DNA of 64,000 nucleotides from Dehalococcoidia bacterium (GCA_030740155.1 JASLXV010000032.1:32001-96000), one strand, 5' to 3'. Positions 38,462 through 49,173 are shown, counted from the stretch's first letter. Program-made: numbers and translations. The notes: generated from the sequence alone by a model not told the origin.

Positions 38462-40204
38462 CTACGACTGCCGGTAGCGGTTGACGATGGGCAGGCGGCG
38501 GTCTTTGCCGAAGGCCCGGGGGGTTATCTTGACCCCCGGCGGCGCCTGGCGGCGCTTGTACTCATTGCGGTCGACGAAGGCGATCACCTGGCTCACCACC
38601 CGGGGGTCGGCGCCCATGGCCACCATCTCCTGGTAGCTGCGGTCCTCCTCCACGTAGGCCTTGATCACCGGGTCCAGCACTTCGTAGGGGGGCAGCGTGT
38701 CCTCGTCCAGCTGGTTCTCCTTCAGTTCAGCGGAGGGCGGTTTATTGATTATGGCATCGGGAATCGCCGGAAGGGGCGTTCCATGCTGGTTGCGCCAGCG
38801 GCAAAGACGGTAGACCAGGGTCTTGGGTACGTCCTTGATGATCGCGAAGCCGCCGGCCATGTCCCCGTAGAGGGTGGCGTAGCCCATGGCCATCTCGCTC
38901 TTGTTGCCGGTGGCCAGCACGATCCAGCCGAACTTGTTGGAGATGGCCATGAGGATGTTGCCCCGGATTCGGGATTGGATGTTTTCTTCGGCCACGTTGG
39001 GATCGGTGCCCCGGAAATAGGGCTCGAGCATGCCCTCGAAGGCCAGGTGAGCCTGCTCAATGGGCACCGTCCAGAGGTCGATGCCCAGGTTGTCGGCCAG
39101 CTCCTTGGAATCGCTGATGCTGCCCTCCGAAGAGAACCGGGAGGGCATGGTGATACCGACCACGTTGCCCGGTCCCAGGGCGTCCACGGCGACAGTGGCG
39201 GTAAGGGCCGAGTCCACCCCACCCGACAGCCCAATCAGCGCCTTGGTGAAGCCGGATTTGCGCAGATAGTCCTTGGTTCCCAGCACCAGGGCGTTGTAGA
39301 CTCCCTCCACTTTGTCCATGGTCGGGGCCAGGGATGTTTCGGCCAGAGGCGGGCGCTCCCTGGGCTGGTGATCGGAAACGTGAATCACCTTGGAGTTGCC
39401 GATCTCCCGCAATATCGTCGGGTCTTCCTTGCGAGGGCGTGGGTCGCGCAGCCGGGAGCGGAAAACCGCATCGATGTCAAGGTCGGCGGTAATCAGCGAA
39501 TCCCGGAACGCGGGACCCCGGGCCACCGGCTCTCCGGCCATGTCGCAGACCAAGCTGGCTCCGTCGAAGACCAACTCGTCTTGGCCGCCGACGATATTCA
39601 GGTGGGCCACGAAGACCTCGTTGTCCGCGGCCCGAGTAGCGATCATCTTCTCCCGGTAATCGCGCTTCCCGGAGTAGAAAGGCGAGGCGTTGATATTCAC
39701 GATGAGTTCGGCGCCCGCCTCCCGCTGCACCGCGATGGGGCCTACCGGGTACCAGGCGTCCTCGCAGATGTTCACGCCGATGCCGACGCCGTTGATGATG
39801 TACACTGGGCAGGTATCACCCCGGCGGAAGTAGCGGTCCTCGTCGAACACGCCGTAGTTGGGGAGGTACATCTTCTGGTAGCTGTCGATCAGCTTGCCGT
39901 CGTAGCCCAGGGCCGCGGCGTTGGAGATGTCGGCGCCCACCTGGACGTATCCCACCACCACGGCGAGGCCCCGGGAGGCGGCAACCACCTTCTCCATGGC
40001 CGCCACGTTGTCTCGCAGGAAGGAAGTCTTGAACAGCAGGTCCTCCGGGGGATACCCGGTGGTGGCCAACTCCGGAAAGGCGACCATGTCGGCCTGGACT
40101 TCCCGGGCCCCTTCAAGGGCTTCCAGCATCAGCGCGGTGTTGCCGGGAATGTCTCCGACGGTGGGGTTGATCTGGGCCATGGCCAGCCGAAAAGTACGCG
40201 GCAT
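38462..40204 (-). CDS. nadE: Glutamine-dependent NAD+ synthetase
   Basis: Nitrilase domain (FPEL, LPNYGVFDE, ICED) plus GLSGGVDS, ENIQSRIRG, TGNKSE, PPSAEL, EYKRRQAPPG. Confidence 0.97.
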   Translation of the reverse strand: MPRTFRLAMAQINPTVGDIPGNTALMLEALEGAREVQADMVAFPELATTGYPPEDLLFKTSFLRDNVAAMEKVVAASRGLAVVVGYVQVGADISNAAALGYDGKLIDSYQKMYLPNYGVFDEDRYFRRGDTCPVYIINGVGIGVNICEDAWYPVGPIAVQREAGAELIVNINASPFYSGKRDYREKMIATRAADNEVFVAHLNIVGGQDELVFDGASLVCDMAGEPVARGPAFRDSLITADLDIDAVFRSRLRDPRPRKEDPTILREIGNSKVIHVSDHQPRERPPLAETSLAPTMDKVEGVYNALVLGTKDYLRKSGFTKALIGLSGGVDSALTATVAVDALGPGNVVGITMPSRFSSEGSISDSKELADNLGIDLWTVPIEQAHLAFEGMLEPYFRGTDPNVAEENIQSRIRGNILMAISNKFGWIVLATGNKSEMAMGYATLYGDMAGGFAIIKDVPKTLVYRLCRWRNQHGTPLPAIPDAIINKPPSAELKENQLDEDTLPPYEVLDPVIKAYVEEDRSYQEMVAMGADPRVVSQVIAFVDRNEYKRRQAPPGVKITPRAFGKDRRLPIVNRYRQS

Positions 40205-40364
40205 AAGCACCCCATGAAACGTTGTACGCGAGTATACATACTGCAACTGCAGTTTGCCAATGATTGTCCCGTCCCCGCCTTCAGGCCGGCCTCTTGACCG
40301 GCCGGCCCGGGAGCGACGGTTCGATGCCGGCCCCGAGTGGCTGTTTCCTGAAGCCGCGGCCCCG

Positions 40365-41672
40365 ATGACGGGCGCGCCGTTGGGGGGCCGGCTGGCCCGG
40401 ACATTACCCTTCTACTACGGGTGGATCGTCCTGGCAGCAACCGGAATTACGAGCCTCTCCACCAGGCCGCTGATGGCCGTGAGCACATTGTCCGTGTTCG
40501 TGGTGCCGATGACGGCCCACTTCGGCTGGTCCCGAGGCCTCTTTTCCGGTGCGGTCAGCCTGGGTGGCCTGGTCGCCGTGGCCATATCTCCCTTCGTGGG
40601 ACGGTGGATCGACCGGTACGGAGCCGGGCCGGTTCTGGCGGTGACCTCTCTGGTGGCGGGAGGTTGCGCCATCGGCCTGGCCCTAATCGGCCAGGTCTGG
40701 GCCTTCTACGCGCTGTATGTGCCGGGGCGGGCGGTCTTCGCCGGCCCGTTGGAGTTGAGCACCACGACGGCCGTCAGCAACTGGTTCCTGCGCCGCCGGC
40801 CCCTGGCCCTCGGCTTCTTTGGTGTGTCTCAAGGCACCGGGCTGGCGCTCATGCCGCTGGTTGCTCAGGCTATTATCGGCGGCTGGGACTGGCGGGTGGC
40901 CTGGGCTTCCCTCGGTATATACACGATCTTCGTCGGCGTGCTGCCGCCGCTCTTGCTCATCGGGAGGCGGCCCGAGGACATGGGGTTGGAAGTTGACCCC
41001 GCCTCGGCGGACGCCCCGGGACCGTCGGACCGCGCCTCCGTCGCCGGGAAGGAGGCGAGCGCCGCATCGGCCGAAGTCCACTTCACGGTGCGGGAGGCCA
41101 TCCACACCCGGGCCTTCTGGTTCTTGGCCGCCTTCTCCGCCGCCGGGTTCATGGCCCAGGCCGGGGTCGCCCTTCATCAGGTGCCCCATTACGTGGACCA
41201 GGGCGTGCCTCCTTCGTCGGCGGCCTTCCTGGCCAGCACCTTTGCCCTGTTCATAGTTCCGGCCGGACTGATCTGGTCCCCGTTGACGAGACGGGTCCCG
41301 GCCCGCTTCCTCCTGGCCTGCGCCGGGCTCAGCGTTGCCCTGGGAGCGCTGACAACCGGGCTGACCGGGACGATGGGTTGGGGACTGCTGGCTTCCGCCG
41401 CCCTGGGAAACGGGGTAGGAGGTATGCTCTTTCTGCTCCGGCTGACCTGGGCCGACTACTACGGACGGAGACACCTGGGCGCCATCCGGGGCTTGACGCT
41501 GCCGGTCCAGGTTGGAGGCCAGGCGTTCGGGCCGGTCCTGTCCGGGTTCATCTTCGACGCCACCGGCAGCTATCGAGCGGCATTCTTCCTGTTCGCCGCC
41601 GGCGCATTACTCGTGTCGTTGGCCGTGCTTGCCGGTACCCCGCCGAAGAGACCGGCCCCGTCGCCCCGGTGA
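40365..41672 (+). CDS. MFS transporter
   Basis: FYYGW, GRWIDRYG, NWFLRRR, ADYYGRRHLG, GFIFDATGSY; about 12 hydrophobic segments; start uncertain. Confidence 0.92.
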   Translation: MTGAPLGGRLARTLPFYYGWIVLAATGITSLSTRPLMAVSTLSVFVVPMTAHFGWSRGLFSGAVSLGGLVAVAISPFVGRWIDRYGAGPVLAVTSLVAGGCAIGLALIGQVWAFYALYVPGRAVFAGPLELSTTTAVSNWFLRRRPLALGFFGVSQGTGLALMPLVAQAIIGGWDWRVAWASLGIYTIFVGVLPPLLLIGRRPEDMGLEVDPASADAPGPSDRASVAGKEASAASAEVHFTVREAIHTRAFWFLAAFSAAGFMAQAGVALHQVPHYVDQGVPPSSAAFLASTFALFIVPAGLIWSPLTRRVPARFLLACAGLSVALGALTTGLTGTMGWGLLASAALGNGVGGMLFLLRLTWADYYGRRHLGAIRGLTLPVQVGGQAFGPVLSGFIFDATGSYRAAFFLFAAGALLVSLAVLAGTPPKRPAPSPR

Positions 41673-41899
41673 GGCTGAAACGGGGGTGATCCCGAGCGGG
41701 GTGTGCCCTGACCGGTTTCGGTCGGCCATTGTGTATACTAAGGCGTCTTGTTTCAGCCATTGCAACAAACCCCTCTGGCAACCGGCGGGTGGAAAGTGCA
41801 GTCCGGCTCGGGCAACGGCTCCGCTCGACTGAATTTCCGGCAGGCGGACGACGGGCTGGGACGTGGTGGGGGCGGCATCGCTCTGGCATTGAGGCTCAG

Positions 41900-43216
41900 G
41901 TGATAGGCGACCGGAGCCGCCGGAGGCTGGCCCAAGCGGTGCCTTTCTACTACGGCTGGATCGTCCTGACCGCGACTGCCCTCACCAGCTACTCTTCCAG
42001 GCCGCTGATGGCCGCCACCACGCTGTCGGTGTTCATGGTGCCGATGACCGAGCATTTTGGGTGGTCGCGGGGTCTCTTTGCTGGAGCGCTCAGCCTGGGC
42101 GGTCTGTGTGCCGTCGCCATTTCGCCGGTCGTGGGCAAGCTGATCGACCGTTACGGGTCCGGGGTGGTGCTGGCGGCCAGCGCGGCGGTGATTGGCTCCT
42201 GTTCCGTCGGTCTCTCCACCGTCAGCCACGTTTGGGCCTTCTACTCCCTGTACGTGCCGGCGCGAGCCCTGTTCGCCATACCGTTGGAGCTGGGCACGGC
42301 GACGGCGGTGAGCAACTGGTTCCTGCGCCGCCGGCCGTTAGCCTTGGCGGTTTTGAGCGTCACTCAGGGCACGGGGCTGGCGGCCATGCCCCTGATCGTT
42401 CAGGGCATCATCGGTGGCTGGAGCTGGCGGGTGGCCTGGGCGTCTCTGGGCCTGTTCACCATTACCGTAGCCGTGCTCCCGTCACTGTTGCTGATCGCCA
42501 GGAGGCCGGAGGATATGGGACTGGAGGCCGACCCCCGCCCGGCGAGGGCCGTCCTGCCGGTCGGAAGCCCTGCCGGCATTAGGCCGGCCGCCGGTGCGGC
42601 CCGCGCCGAGGCCGACTTCACGGTGGGCGAAGCCCTGCGCACCCGGGCGTTCTGGGCTTTGGCGGCCTTCGGCGCCGCCGCGTTCGTGGTGCAGGGAGGG
42701 GTTGTTCTGCACCAGGTGCCGCACTTCATCGACCAGGGTCTATCGGCGCCCGCGGCCGCCCTGACGTCCAGCACCTTCGCCTTCTCCCAGGTCCTGGGTG
42801 GGCTGGTATGGTCTATTTGGGCGAGACGCGTGCCGACCCGATTTCTTCTGTCTTTGACCGGCTTCTGCATCACTTTGGGGGCCATGGGGACCGCGGCAAG
42901 CGGGTCGTTGGGTTGGGGAATGGCGGCGGGCTCCGCTCTGGGGATTGGGATAGGCGGGGTCCACTTTCTACTCCGGCTGGTCTGGGCCGACTACTACGGC
43001 CGGACGAACCTGGCCAGCATCCGGGGCTTGACCCTTCCGGTCCAGATCGCGAGCCAGACGATCGGGCCGATCACCTCGGGGTACATTTTCGACACCACCG
43101 GCACCTATCGGTGGGCCTTCTTCGGATTCGGCTTCTTCGCATCCCTGGGCGCACTGCTGGTCCTGGCCGCCACTCCGCCAAAAAGGGTGCAACACAACGA
43201 TCCAAGGCTCCGCTAG
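41900..43216 (+). CDS. MFS transporter, tandem paralog
   Basis: Same motifs as 40365-41672; start uncertain. Confidence 0.92.
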   Translation: MIGDRSRRRLAQAVPFYYGWIVLTATALTSYSSRPLMAATTLSVFMVPMTEHFGWSRGLFAGALSLGGLCAVAISPVVGKLIDRYGSGVVLAASAAVIGSCSVGLSTVSHVWAFYSLYVPARALFAIPLELGTATAVSNWFLRRRPLALAVLSVTQGTGLAAMPLIVQGIIGGWSWRVAWASLGLFTITVAVLPSLLLIARRPEDMGLEADPRPARAVLPVGSPAGIRPAAGAARAEADFTVGEALRTRAFWALAAFGAAAFVVQGGVVLHQVPHFIDQGLSAPAAALTSSTFAFSQVLGGLVWSIWARRVPTRFLLSLTGFCITLGAMGTAASGSLGWGMAAGSALGIGIGGVHFLLRLVWADYYGRTNLASIRGLTLPVQIASQTIGPITSGYIFDTTGTYRWAFFGFGFFASLGALLVLAATPPKRVQHNDPRLR

Positions 43217-43341
43217 ATTTATCCGAAAGCGCGGGCCCGACGAATGCGTTGGCCCGTAAGATCGACCTTGCAGCCGGCGGTCATGAACCCCTGTTTGGAG
43301 CCACCCTCAATACCGTTTCGGTTAGGCCATTCCGTGATGGT

Positions 43342-44553
43342 TCAACCCTGCACCACTCCGGCACGGCCAAGCTGGCTGATCGCTTCTTCGCCGTAGCCAA
43401 GCTCCCGGAGCACCTCGCCGGTGTGTTCGCCGAGGAGAGGGGCATGGGTGCGGGCGGTCATTGGAGTCTTGCTGAGCTTGATGGGCAGCCCGAAGAAGGT
43501 GCTGGCGCCCATCTCCGGGTGCTCCAACTCGAACACCAGCCCGTTGTCCCGAAGATGGGTGTCTTCGGTGCATATCTCCTGGAAGTTGCGAGCGGGCACC
43601 ACCCACTGACCGTGCTCCCGGAGCAGCGGTATCCACTCGTCCCGGGTCTTCTGCAATAGAGCGTCCCGGACGATGGCCTTGAGTTCTACCCGGTGCTCCC
43701 AGCGCCGGTCCATGCCGTCAAACCTGGGGTCTTCGAGTAATTCGGGCTGGCCGATGGCTCCGCAGAACAGCTTCCAGGGCTCATCTCGCGAGGTCGAGAT
43801 GGCCATCTCCTTGCCGTCCTTGGTCTCCCACACGCCGTAAGGGGGCACGGAATGGGGTGACCCAGTCTCGGCTTTGGGGGGAATCACTTGGGTTCCCATG
43901 TAGAGGGAGACCTGCTGGGGAAACAAGGCCATGAGGGAGGCGAAAAGCGAGGTCTGCACCTCCTGGCCCTCGCCGGTCTTCTCCCTGGCGTGCAGGGCGG
44001 CCAGCACGCCAAAGGCGGTGATTATGCCGGTCACCGCGTCCGCGATGGCGTCGCCCGCGGGCACGGACACCCGGTCGGAGTATCCGGTGATGCTCATGAG
44101 GCCGGTCATGGCCTGAAGTTGGAGGTCTTGTCCGGGCAGGTCCTTGTAAGGCCCCTTGTCGCCAAACCCGGTAATGGAAGCGTGGACGAGCCTGGGGTTG
44201 ATCGGACTCAGCTGCTTATAGCTGAGGCCCAACTTTTCGACGGTCGTCGCCCGCAGGTTTACGAGCAAGACGTCGGCCCGCTCGACCAGCTTGTTGATGA
44301 TGAGGCGGCCTTCTTCGGTGGACAGGTCGACGGCGATGGCACGCTTGTTCCGGTTGACCGACATGAAGAGATAGTTTAGCTTGCCGTCCTTCATAATCGT
44401 CGGCGGGCCGGACCTCATCCGGTCTCCATGGCCGGTGGCTTCCACCTTGATGACCTCGGCGCCCATGTCGCTGAGCCACTGGGCGCAGTACGGACCAGCG
44501 TACATGTGGGTAATGTCCACCACCCTGATGCCGTCCAAGAGTCCTTCACTCAT
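43342..44553 (-). CDS. Class III CoA-transferase (CaiB/BaiF family)
   Basis: AGPYCAQWLSDMGAEVIKVE, NRNKRAIAVDL, ITGFGDKGPY, AIADAVTG, APLLGEHT. Confidence 0.95.
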   Translation of the reverse strand: MSEGLLDGIRVVDITHMYAGPYCAQWLSDMGAEVIKVEATGHGDRMRSGPPTIMKDGKLNYLFMSVNRNKRAIAVDLSTEEGRLIINKLVERADVLLVNLRATTVEKLGLSYKQLSPINPRLVHASITGFGDKGPYKDLPGQDLQLQAMTGLMSITGYSDRVSVPAGDAIADAVTGIITAFGVLAALHAREKTGEGQEVQTSLFASLMALFPQQVSLYMGTQVIPPKAETGSPHSVPPYGVWETKDGKEMAISTSRDEPWKLFCGAIGQPELLEDPRFDGMDRRWEHRVELKAIVRDALLQKTRDEWIPLLREHGQWVVPARNFQEICTEDTHLRDNGLVFELEHPEMGASTFFGLPIKLSKTPMTARTHAPLLGEHTGEVLRELGYGEEAISQLGRAGVVQG

Positions 44554-45115
44554 TATCAAAACACCTTGCCGTTGCGCCGGGATTCCCCCGATCGAATTGG
44601 GTGCAGAGAGGGTGCACCGGTTACTGGCTGACCATAACACCGGCCTTTTGCGCCGTCAATCTTGATTCGGCCCCGAGGCAATGTTGGCCGTGCGATCGCC
44701 CTACATCGCCGCCGTGCCGGCATCATAGGACCTCTGCGATAACGGGATGAATCTGGGGTCGTACTACCTGCGAGAGGGGAAGCGGCGTGAGCTATTGGCG
44801 TCGACCCCCGCCCGAAACCAACTGGTGAAGGTGTAAATCCGGGCTTGGACCGAACCACCGCCCGTCAGGCGCGGGACCGATGTCCGGCTATCTGCGCCGG
44901 TTTACAAGATTGGGGCCCTGATCTTGCGAGTATCAGAGCCTCGAGCGCCGGTAGGCGAGGCCCAGTCGCCAGGATCGGATTTGGCGGCACATCTAGAAGT
45001 GGCTAGGCAGGAAGCCGCCGGAGGTTGGGGTTAGAGTATACTGGCAACTGTTCGCGCATCATATCGCTGGGGCGGTGTCATACCGGATTCAGGGCAGCGC
45101 CCGGGAGGCTGAGTC

Positions 45116-46510
45116 ATGGCAACAGCATCAAAAACGCGCACCGACGAGGTGGTAGCTCTTTGTGGTTGCTCTTTGACACACGGGCCCGGTGGTTCTGAGG
45201 AACTTTTTCAGATGGGTTTGGATCTAGACCCGGACTTTGTTGCTCAGGACGCCGGTAGTTGCGACTGCGGTCCGGCGTTCCTTGGTTCCGGAGAGCCAAT
45301 GGGTACGCGCATTGGGCTCAAACAATCCTTGGACATCATGGTTCGTGGCACCCGGGCCAAGAACATACCTTTGATCATCGGATCGGTGGGGATTGCCGGG
45401 GCGTGGCCCCAGGTTCTCCTGTTTCGGGACATCATCGAAGAGGTGGCCCGGGAACAGGGCCTCCACTTCCGAATTGCTCTTATCAACTCCGATGTCGACA
45501 AGGGGTGGCTAAAAGGGAAGGTACGCGCCGGGAAGGTGAAACCGCTGGCGGTCGTGCCACCTCTGACTGAAGGCGAAGTGGAGCGCTCGTGCCGGATCGT
45601 AGCGATGATGGGAGTGGAGCCGATCATCCAGGCGTTGGAGGGTGGGGCCGACGTGATAGTTGCCGGCCGGTCCAGTGACTCGGCCCTATTCGCCGCCATT
45701 CCAATCATGCGAGGATTCGACCCCGGGTTTGCCTGGCACGCGGGTAAGATTATCGAGTGTGGCGCGTTGTGCACGCAGCCGGTGGAGGGCGTGACCACTT
45801 CTGTTTTGGCTCGTATCCGGAAAGACCACTTCGTTATCGAGCCCACCCACCCGGAGGGGCTGTGCACCGTGCCGCGGGTCGCCGCCCATACTCTCTATGA
45901 AAACCTCGACCCATATCTGATGCCGGAGCCGGGAGCAATCACGGACGCGTCGGAATCCGAGTTTGAGCAGGTACGCAACGGGGTCAAGGTAAGCGGAAGC
46001 CGGCACATCCCCCAACCCTACACCGTCAAGCTAGAGGGGGCAGAGATGGTCGGGTACCGAACGATCACCATCGCTTCGATAAGAGATCCCTACTTGCTGA
46101 GCCGGATAGATGAGTTCCTGGAGCGAGGAGAGGCGTACGTTCACCGTGGGGTGGCGGGACTGGGCATCTCCTCCGACGACTACAAGTTCTTCTACAGGGT
46201 CTACGGGAAAGGCGACGAAACCATGAGGCCATGGAACCTCAAGGAGGTGGCTACCTCACCCAGGGAGGTGTGCATCATCGGAGAGTGCATCGCCAAGACC
46301 CAGGAGATGGCCAAGACTGTGATGAATTTCGGGCACCTCAGTCTGCTCCATCAGCAATTTCCGGGGCAACTGTGCTCGGCGGGAAGCGCGGCTTTCCCTT
46401 TTTCTCCCCACGATATCGATATGGGTGCGGCGTACCGGTTCAATATATGGCACGTCGTGGAGCTGGACGATCCCTTGGAGACGTTCTCCATCGAGATGGT
46501 GGACGTGTAA
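45116..46510 (+). CDS. Acyclic terpene utilization AtuA-like (DUF1446) protein
   Basis: DAGSCDCGP..LG, IVAMMG.EP, GADVIVAGRSSD.ALFAA, WHAGKIIECGA, AHTLYE, VKLEGA..VGYR. Confidence 0.85.
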   Translation: MATASKTRTDEVVALCGCSLTHGPGGSEELFQMGLDLDPDFVAQDAGSCDCGPAFLGSGEPMGTRIGLKQSLDIMVRGTRAKNIPLIIGSVGIAGAWPQVLLFRDIIEEVAREQGLHFRIALINSDVDKGWLKGKVRAGKVKPLAVVPPLTEGEVERSCRIVAMMGVEPIIQALEGGADVIVAGRSSDSALFAAIPIMRGFDPGFAWHAGKIIECGALCTQPVEGVTTSVLARIRKDHFVIEPTHPEGLCTVPRVAAHTLYENLDPYLMPEPGAITDASESEFEQVRNGVKVSGSRHIPQPYTVKLEGAEMVGYRTITIASIRDPYLLSRIDEFLERGEAYVHRGVAGLGISSDDYKFFYRVYGKGDETMRPWNLKEVATSPREVCIIGECIAKTQEMAKTVMNFGHLSLLHQQFPGQLCSAGSAAFPFSPHDIDMGAAYRFNIWHVVELDDPLETFSIEMVDV

Positions 46511-46586
46511 GCTGCGGAGAAGCCCGTGAGCCTACGTGCCCACCCCGCGTATGTCGAAGCCGGGAAGGGCCGAAAAGGATGAAAAG

Positions 46587-46901
46587 ATGTCCAAGAAGCT
46601 AGGAGAGATCACCAGAATTCTACGCAGCAAGAACGCCGGAGCATTCTACGTGACCTTTGACATTATCTTCGACAACCGGGAGAGCTTCGACGAGGTAGAA
46701 GCCACCGGGGTCATCAACGAGGAGCTGTTTGCCCGTTTGTACGGCGTGCCCAAAGAGCAGTGCAAGCTGGTCACGTTTCCTCGCGCATCGGCCTTCAAAT
46801 GCAGTATGCCCCGTCCAATGCCCGCGGGAGACATCGGAGATACCGATGTCTACGGTTGTCAGTGGCACACCCCGCTGCTGGACGTCGAGATTCCCATCTA
46901 A
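46587..46901 (+). CDS. DUF4387-like protein
   Basis: LRSKNAGAF.VTFDIIF, DTDVYGCQWH.PL; recognised as the usual downstream partner of this AtuA-like subfamily. Confidence 0.85.
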   Translation: MSKKLGEITRILRSKNAGAFYVTFDIIFDNRESFDEVEATGVINEELFARLYGVPKEQCKLVTFPRASAFKCSMPRPMPAGDIGDTDVYGCQWHTPLLDVEIPI

Positions 46902-46916
46902 CGGCTGAAGGGCGCC

Positions 46917-47024
46917 TCAGGTAAACCGGTCCGGCCGGTACCCGCCCAGCATCTCCACCGTGGCGCCCTCGACGATCCCCAGGGTGGCCGGTTCCCCCAT
47001 CGGAGGGACCGGGGTGACGCCGCT
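46917..47024 (-). pseudogene. C-terminal relic of a DAO-type FAD oxidoreductase
   Basis: Hand translation SGVTPVPPMGEPATLGIVEGATVEMLGGYRPDRFT*, resembling the SGVTLAP...YRP.RF ending of that family; no upstream body. Confidence 0.5.
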
Positions 47025-47120
47025 GGCGTCTGGCAAAGCTTGAGGGTTTCCCCGGTGCGCACGTAGGCAAGGGCGTGGAATTGGCTTCGCTCTCGACCCC
47101 GGCGCACCGGGTTGTCTGGC

Positions 47121-47990
47121 TTAACCGAGGTGTCGATGGACGAACGCGCTCATCTGCTCGAGTGCCTGTTTGGCAACCGGCGAAGAGAGATCTCGCAGCA
47201 GACCCTCGCCCTCCCCCTCGAAGACGGTCACGTCGATCTGGCCGCCAGCCTTGCGGTACTGCCGGACGAACTCATCGCGATCTGGGGCCGGATGCGCCTC
47301 CTCGTAGCTGCGTGATACCCACAACGCGGGCGGCAGGGCCGTGCGTTCTCCACGGTCGAGGATGCGGGCCGGGGCCGCCTCGGCCATGGCCTCTTCCGTC
47401 TGCCAGTACTGGTCATGCATGGGCACCACCCGGTCGGCCAACCCCGCGGGCGGGGTGCAGTCCTGTCGCAGGCCTTTGGCATAGTGATAGCGCCCCAGCG
47501 GGTCGATCACGGGAGAGCACAGGATCACGCAGCCCAGGGCGCCATCCACCGCCGCGGCGCCTGCCGGGAGTGACAGCGCAGCGTAGCGTGGATCGTCCGG
47601 GCGCATGCCGATCAGCATAGCCTGGTGTCCACCACTGGAAGTGCCCATGGCGCCGATCCGGTCCGGGCGGCCGTTCCACGCGGCGGCCTGGGTCTTGCAC
47701 CAACGAATCCCGTAGTGGATGTCGGCCAGAGAGGCCGGGTACGATGCTTCCGGCGGCACTCGAAAATCCAGTGCCGCCACTATCACACCATTCTTGGCCA
47801 GCGCTTCGTTGGCCGCGTCGCCGTTCTGGCGATTTCCCCGGACCCAGGCCCCGCCATGCAACTCGACCATGATTGGGAACGGTCCGGTGCCGCGTGGTCT
47901 GAAGAGACGCGCCAGTAGGGGTGTAGCGCCATGACGGAGGTATTCTACGTCCAAGACGTCGATTTCATACGTTTGCGTGCTGGCAGTCAT
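47121..47990 (-). CDS. Alpha/beta hydrolase (acetyl esterase/lipase-like)
   Basis: HGGAW oxyanion motif and GTSSGG nucleophile elbow. Confidence 0.9.
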   Translation of the reverse strand: MTASTQTYEIDVLDVEYLRHGATPLLARLFRPRGTGPFPIMVELHGGAWVRGNRQNGDAANEALAKNGVIVAALDFRVPPEASYPASLADIHYGIRWCKTQAAAWNGRPDRIGAMGTSSGGHQAMLIGMRPDDPRYAALSLPAGAAAVDGALGCVILCSPVIDPLGRYHYAKGLRQDCTPPAGLADRVVPMHDQYWQTEEAMAEAAPARILDRGERTALPPALWVSRSYEEAHPAPDRDEFVRQYRKAGGQIDVTVFEGEGEGLLRDLSSPVAKQALEQMSAFVHRHLG

Positions 47991-48229
47991 ACGAAACTCC
48001 TCTTCTTAGTGGGTCATAGGTATTGGTGGCTTAGATTACAGGCTGCGGGCCTCTCCGTCAAGACGACGAGTTGACTCACGGTAGGTTGAAGATTGTAATC
48101 TCGGGCCATCGCTTCTTGACGGCCTCCAGGAGCCCTTCCACCCGGTGGGCATCGTCCAGCTCATTTCGTCGGATATGCGGATGTGGGTCACCGCTTGCCC
48201 CGCCTTGGGTGTGGACCGGCAACAATCCG

Positions 48230-49060
48230 CTAGCGGTTCTGGAAATTTGCCACCCGCTTCTCGGCGAAGGCCTTGGGTCCTTCCAGCGAATCTTCCATCC
48301 CCCGCAGGTTGTATTCCAGCGCGGCAGCGAAGGCTTGAGCTTCCGGCGTGCTCATGGAATAACAGCGGTGAACGAGTTCGTTGAAGTTACGCACCGAACG
48401 CGGCGCCATCCTTCCGATCGTCCGCGCCCAATCGATGGCCTCGTCCATGAGCCGCTCCTTCGGTACGACTTTATTCACCAGGCCGACCTCATAGGCCCGC
48501 TGAGCCGTGAACCTGCGATCAGCCATGATGCAGAACTCCAGCGCGGTCCCAATTCCCACCAGCCGCGTCAGTGTGGATACAAAGCCCGCTCCCTGGTTCC
48601 AGCGCGCCTCGGCTATGTTCATCTCGGCATGTTCCGCGGCGATCCGGAACGTGCAATGTTGGGCCACGGACCAACCTCCGGCAATCGCGTAGCCGTTGAT
48701 AGCAGCGATGGTCGGCTTCCAACAGCCAAGCTTCTCGCCGATGGGGACCACGGTTTGCCGGCGATGTCGATACGGGGCGTCTCCGCCCTCCTCCTCTAGC
48801 TCCGCGCGAATTTTCAGATCCTGCCCTGCGGAGAACGCCCGGTCGCCGGCCCCGGTCACGATAGCGACCCAGCAGTTATCGTCATCCGCGAAGGTCGTCC
48901 ACGCTTCCACCCAACGCTTCGCCATCCCCGGATCGCTGGAATTCAGGCGGTCCGGACGGTTCATGGTGATGATTGCGATTCTTCCGTCGTCTATGGTCTC
49001 GTACAATAGCTCCTGGTGCGGCCAACCGGCCAGTGGCGTCCTGACGACAGGCTCCGACAT
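48230..49060 (-). CDS. Enoyl-CoA hydratase/isomerase family protein
   Basis: MNRPDRLN, AFSAGQDL, KPTIAAINGYAIAGG, EGPKAFAEKR; GGAGG RBS before MSEP. Confidence 0.93.
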   Translation of the reverse strand: MSEPVVRTPLAGWPHQELLYETIDDGRIAIITMNRPDRLNSSDPGMAKRWVEAWTTFADDDNCWVAIVTGAGDRAFSAGQDLKIRAELEEEGGDAPYRHRRQTVVPIGEKLGCWKPTIAAINGYAIAGGWSVAQHCTFRIAAEHAEMNIAEARWNQGAGFVSTLTRLVGIGTALEFCIMADRRFTAQRAYEVGLVNKVVPKERLMDEAIDWARTIGRMAPRSVRNFNELVHRCYSMSTPEAQAFAAALEYNLRGMEDSLEGPKAFAEKRVANFQNR

Positions 49061-49144
49061 TCCTGCACCTCCATATTTGGCTTCTGTCACGAGGCGGCCG
49101 GGACTCCCGAGTCCGACGAGTTCCGGCCTGCCCGGATGCCGTGG

Positions 49145-49173
49145 ACTATAGAACGGCACACCGAGCGCGTCAA
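49145..49173 (-). promoter_or_regulatory. Sigma70 promoter, copy 1
   Basis: TTGACG-N17-TATAGT on the minus strand upstream of the enoyl-CoA hydratase. Confidence 0.7.
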
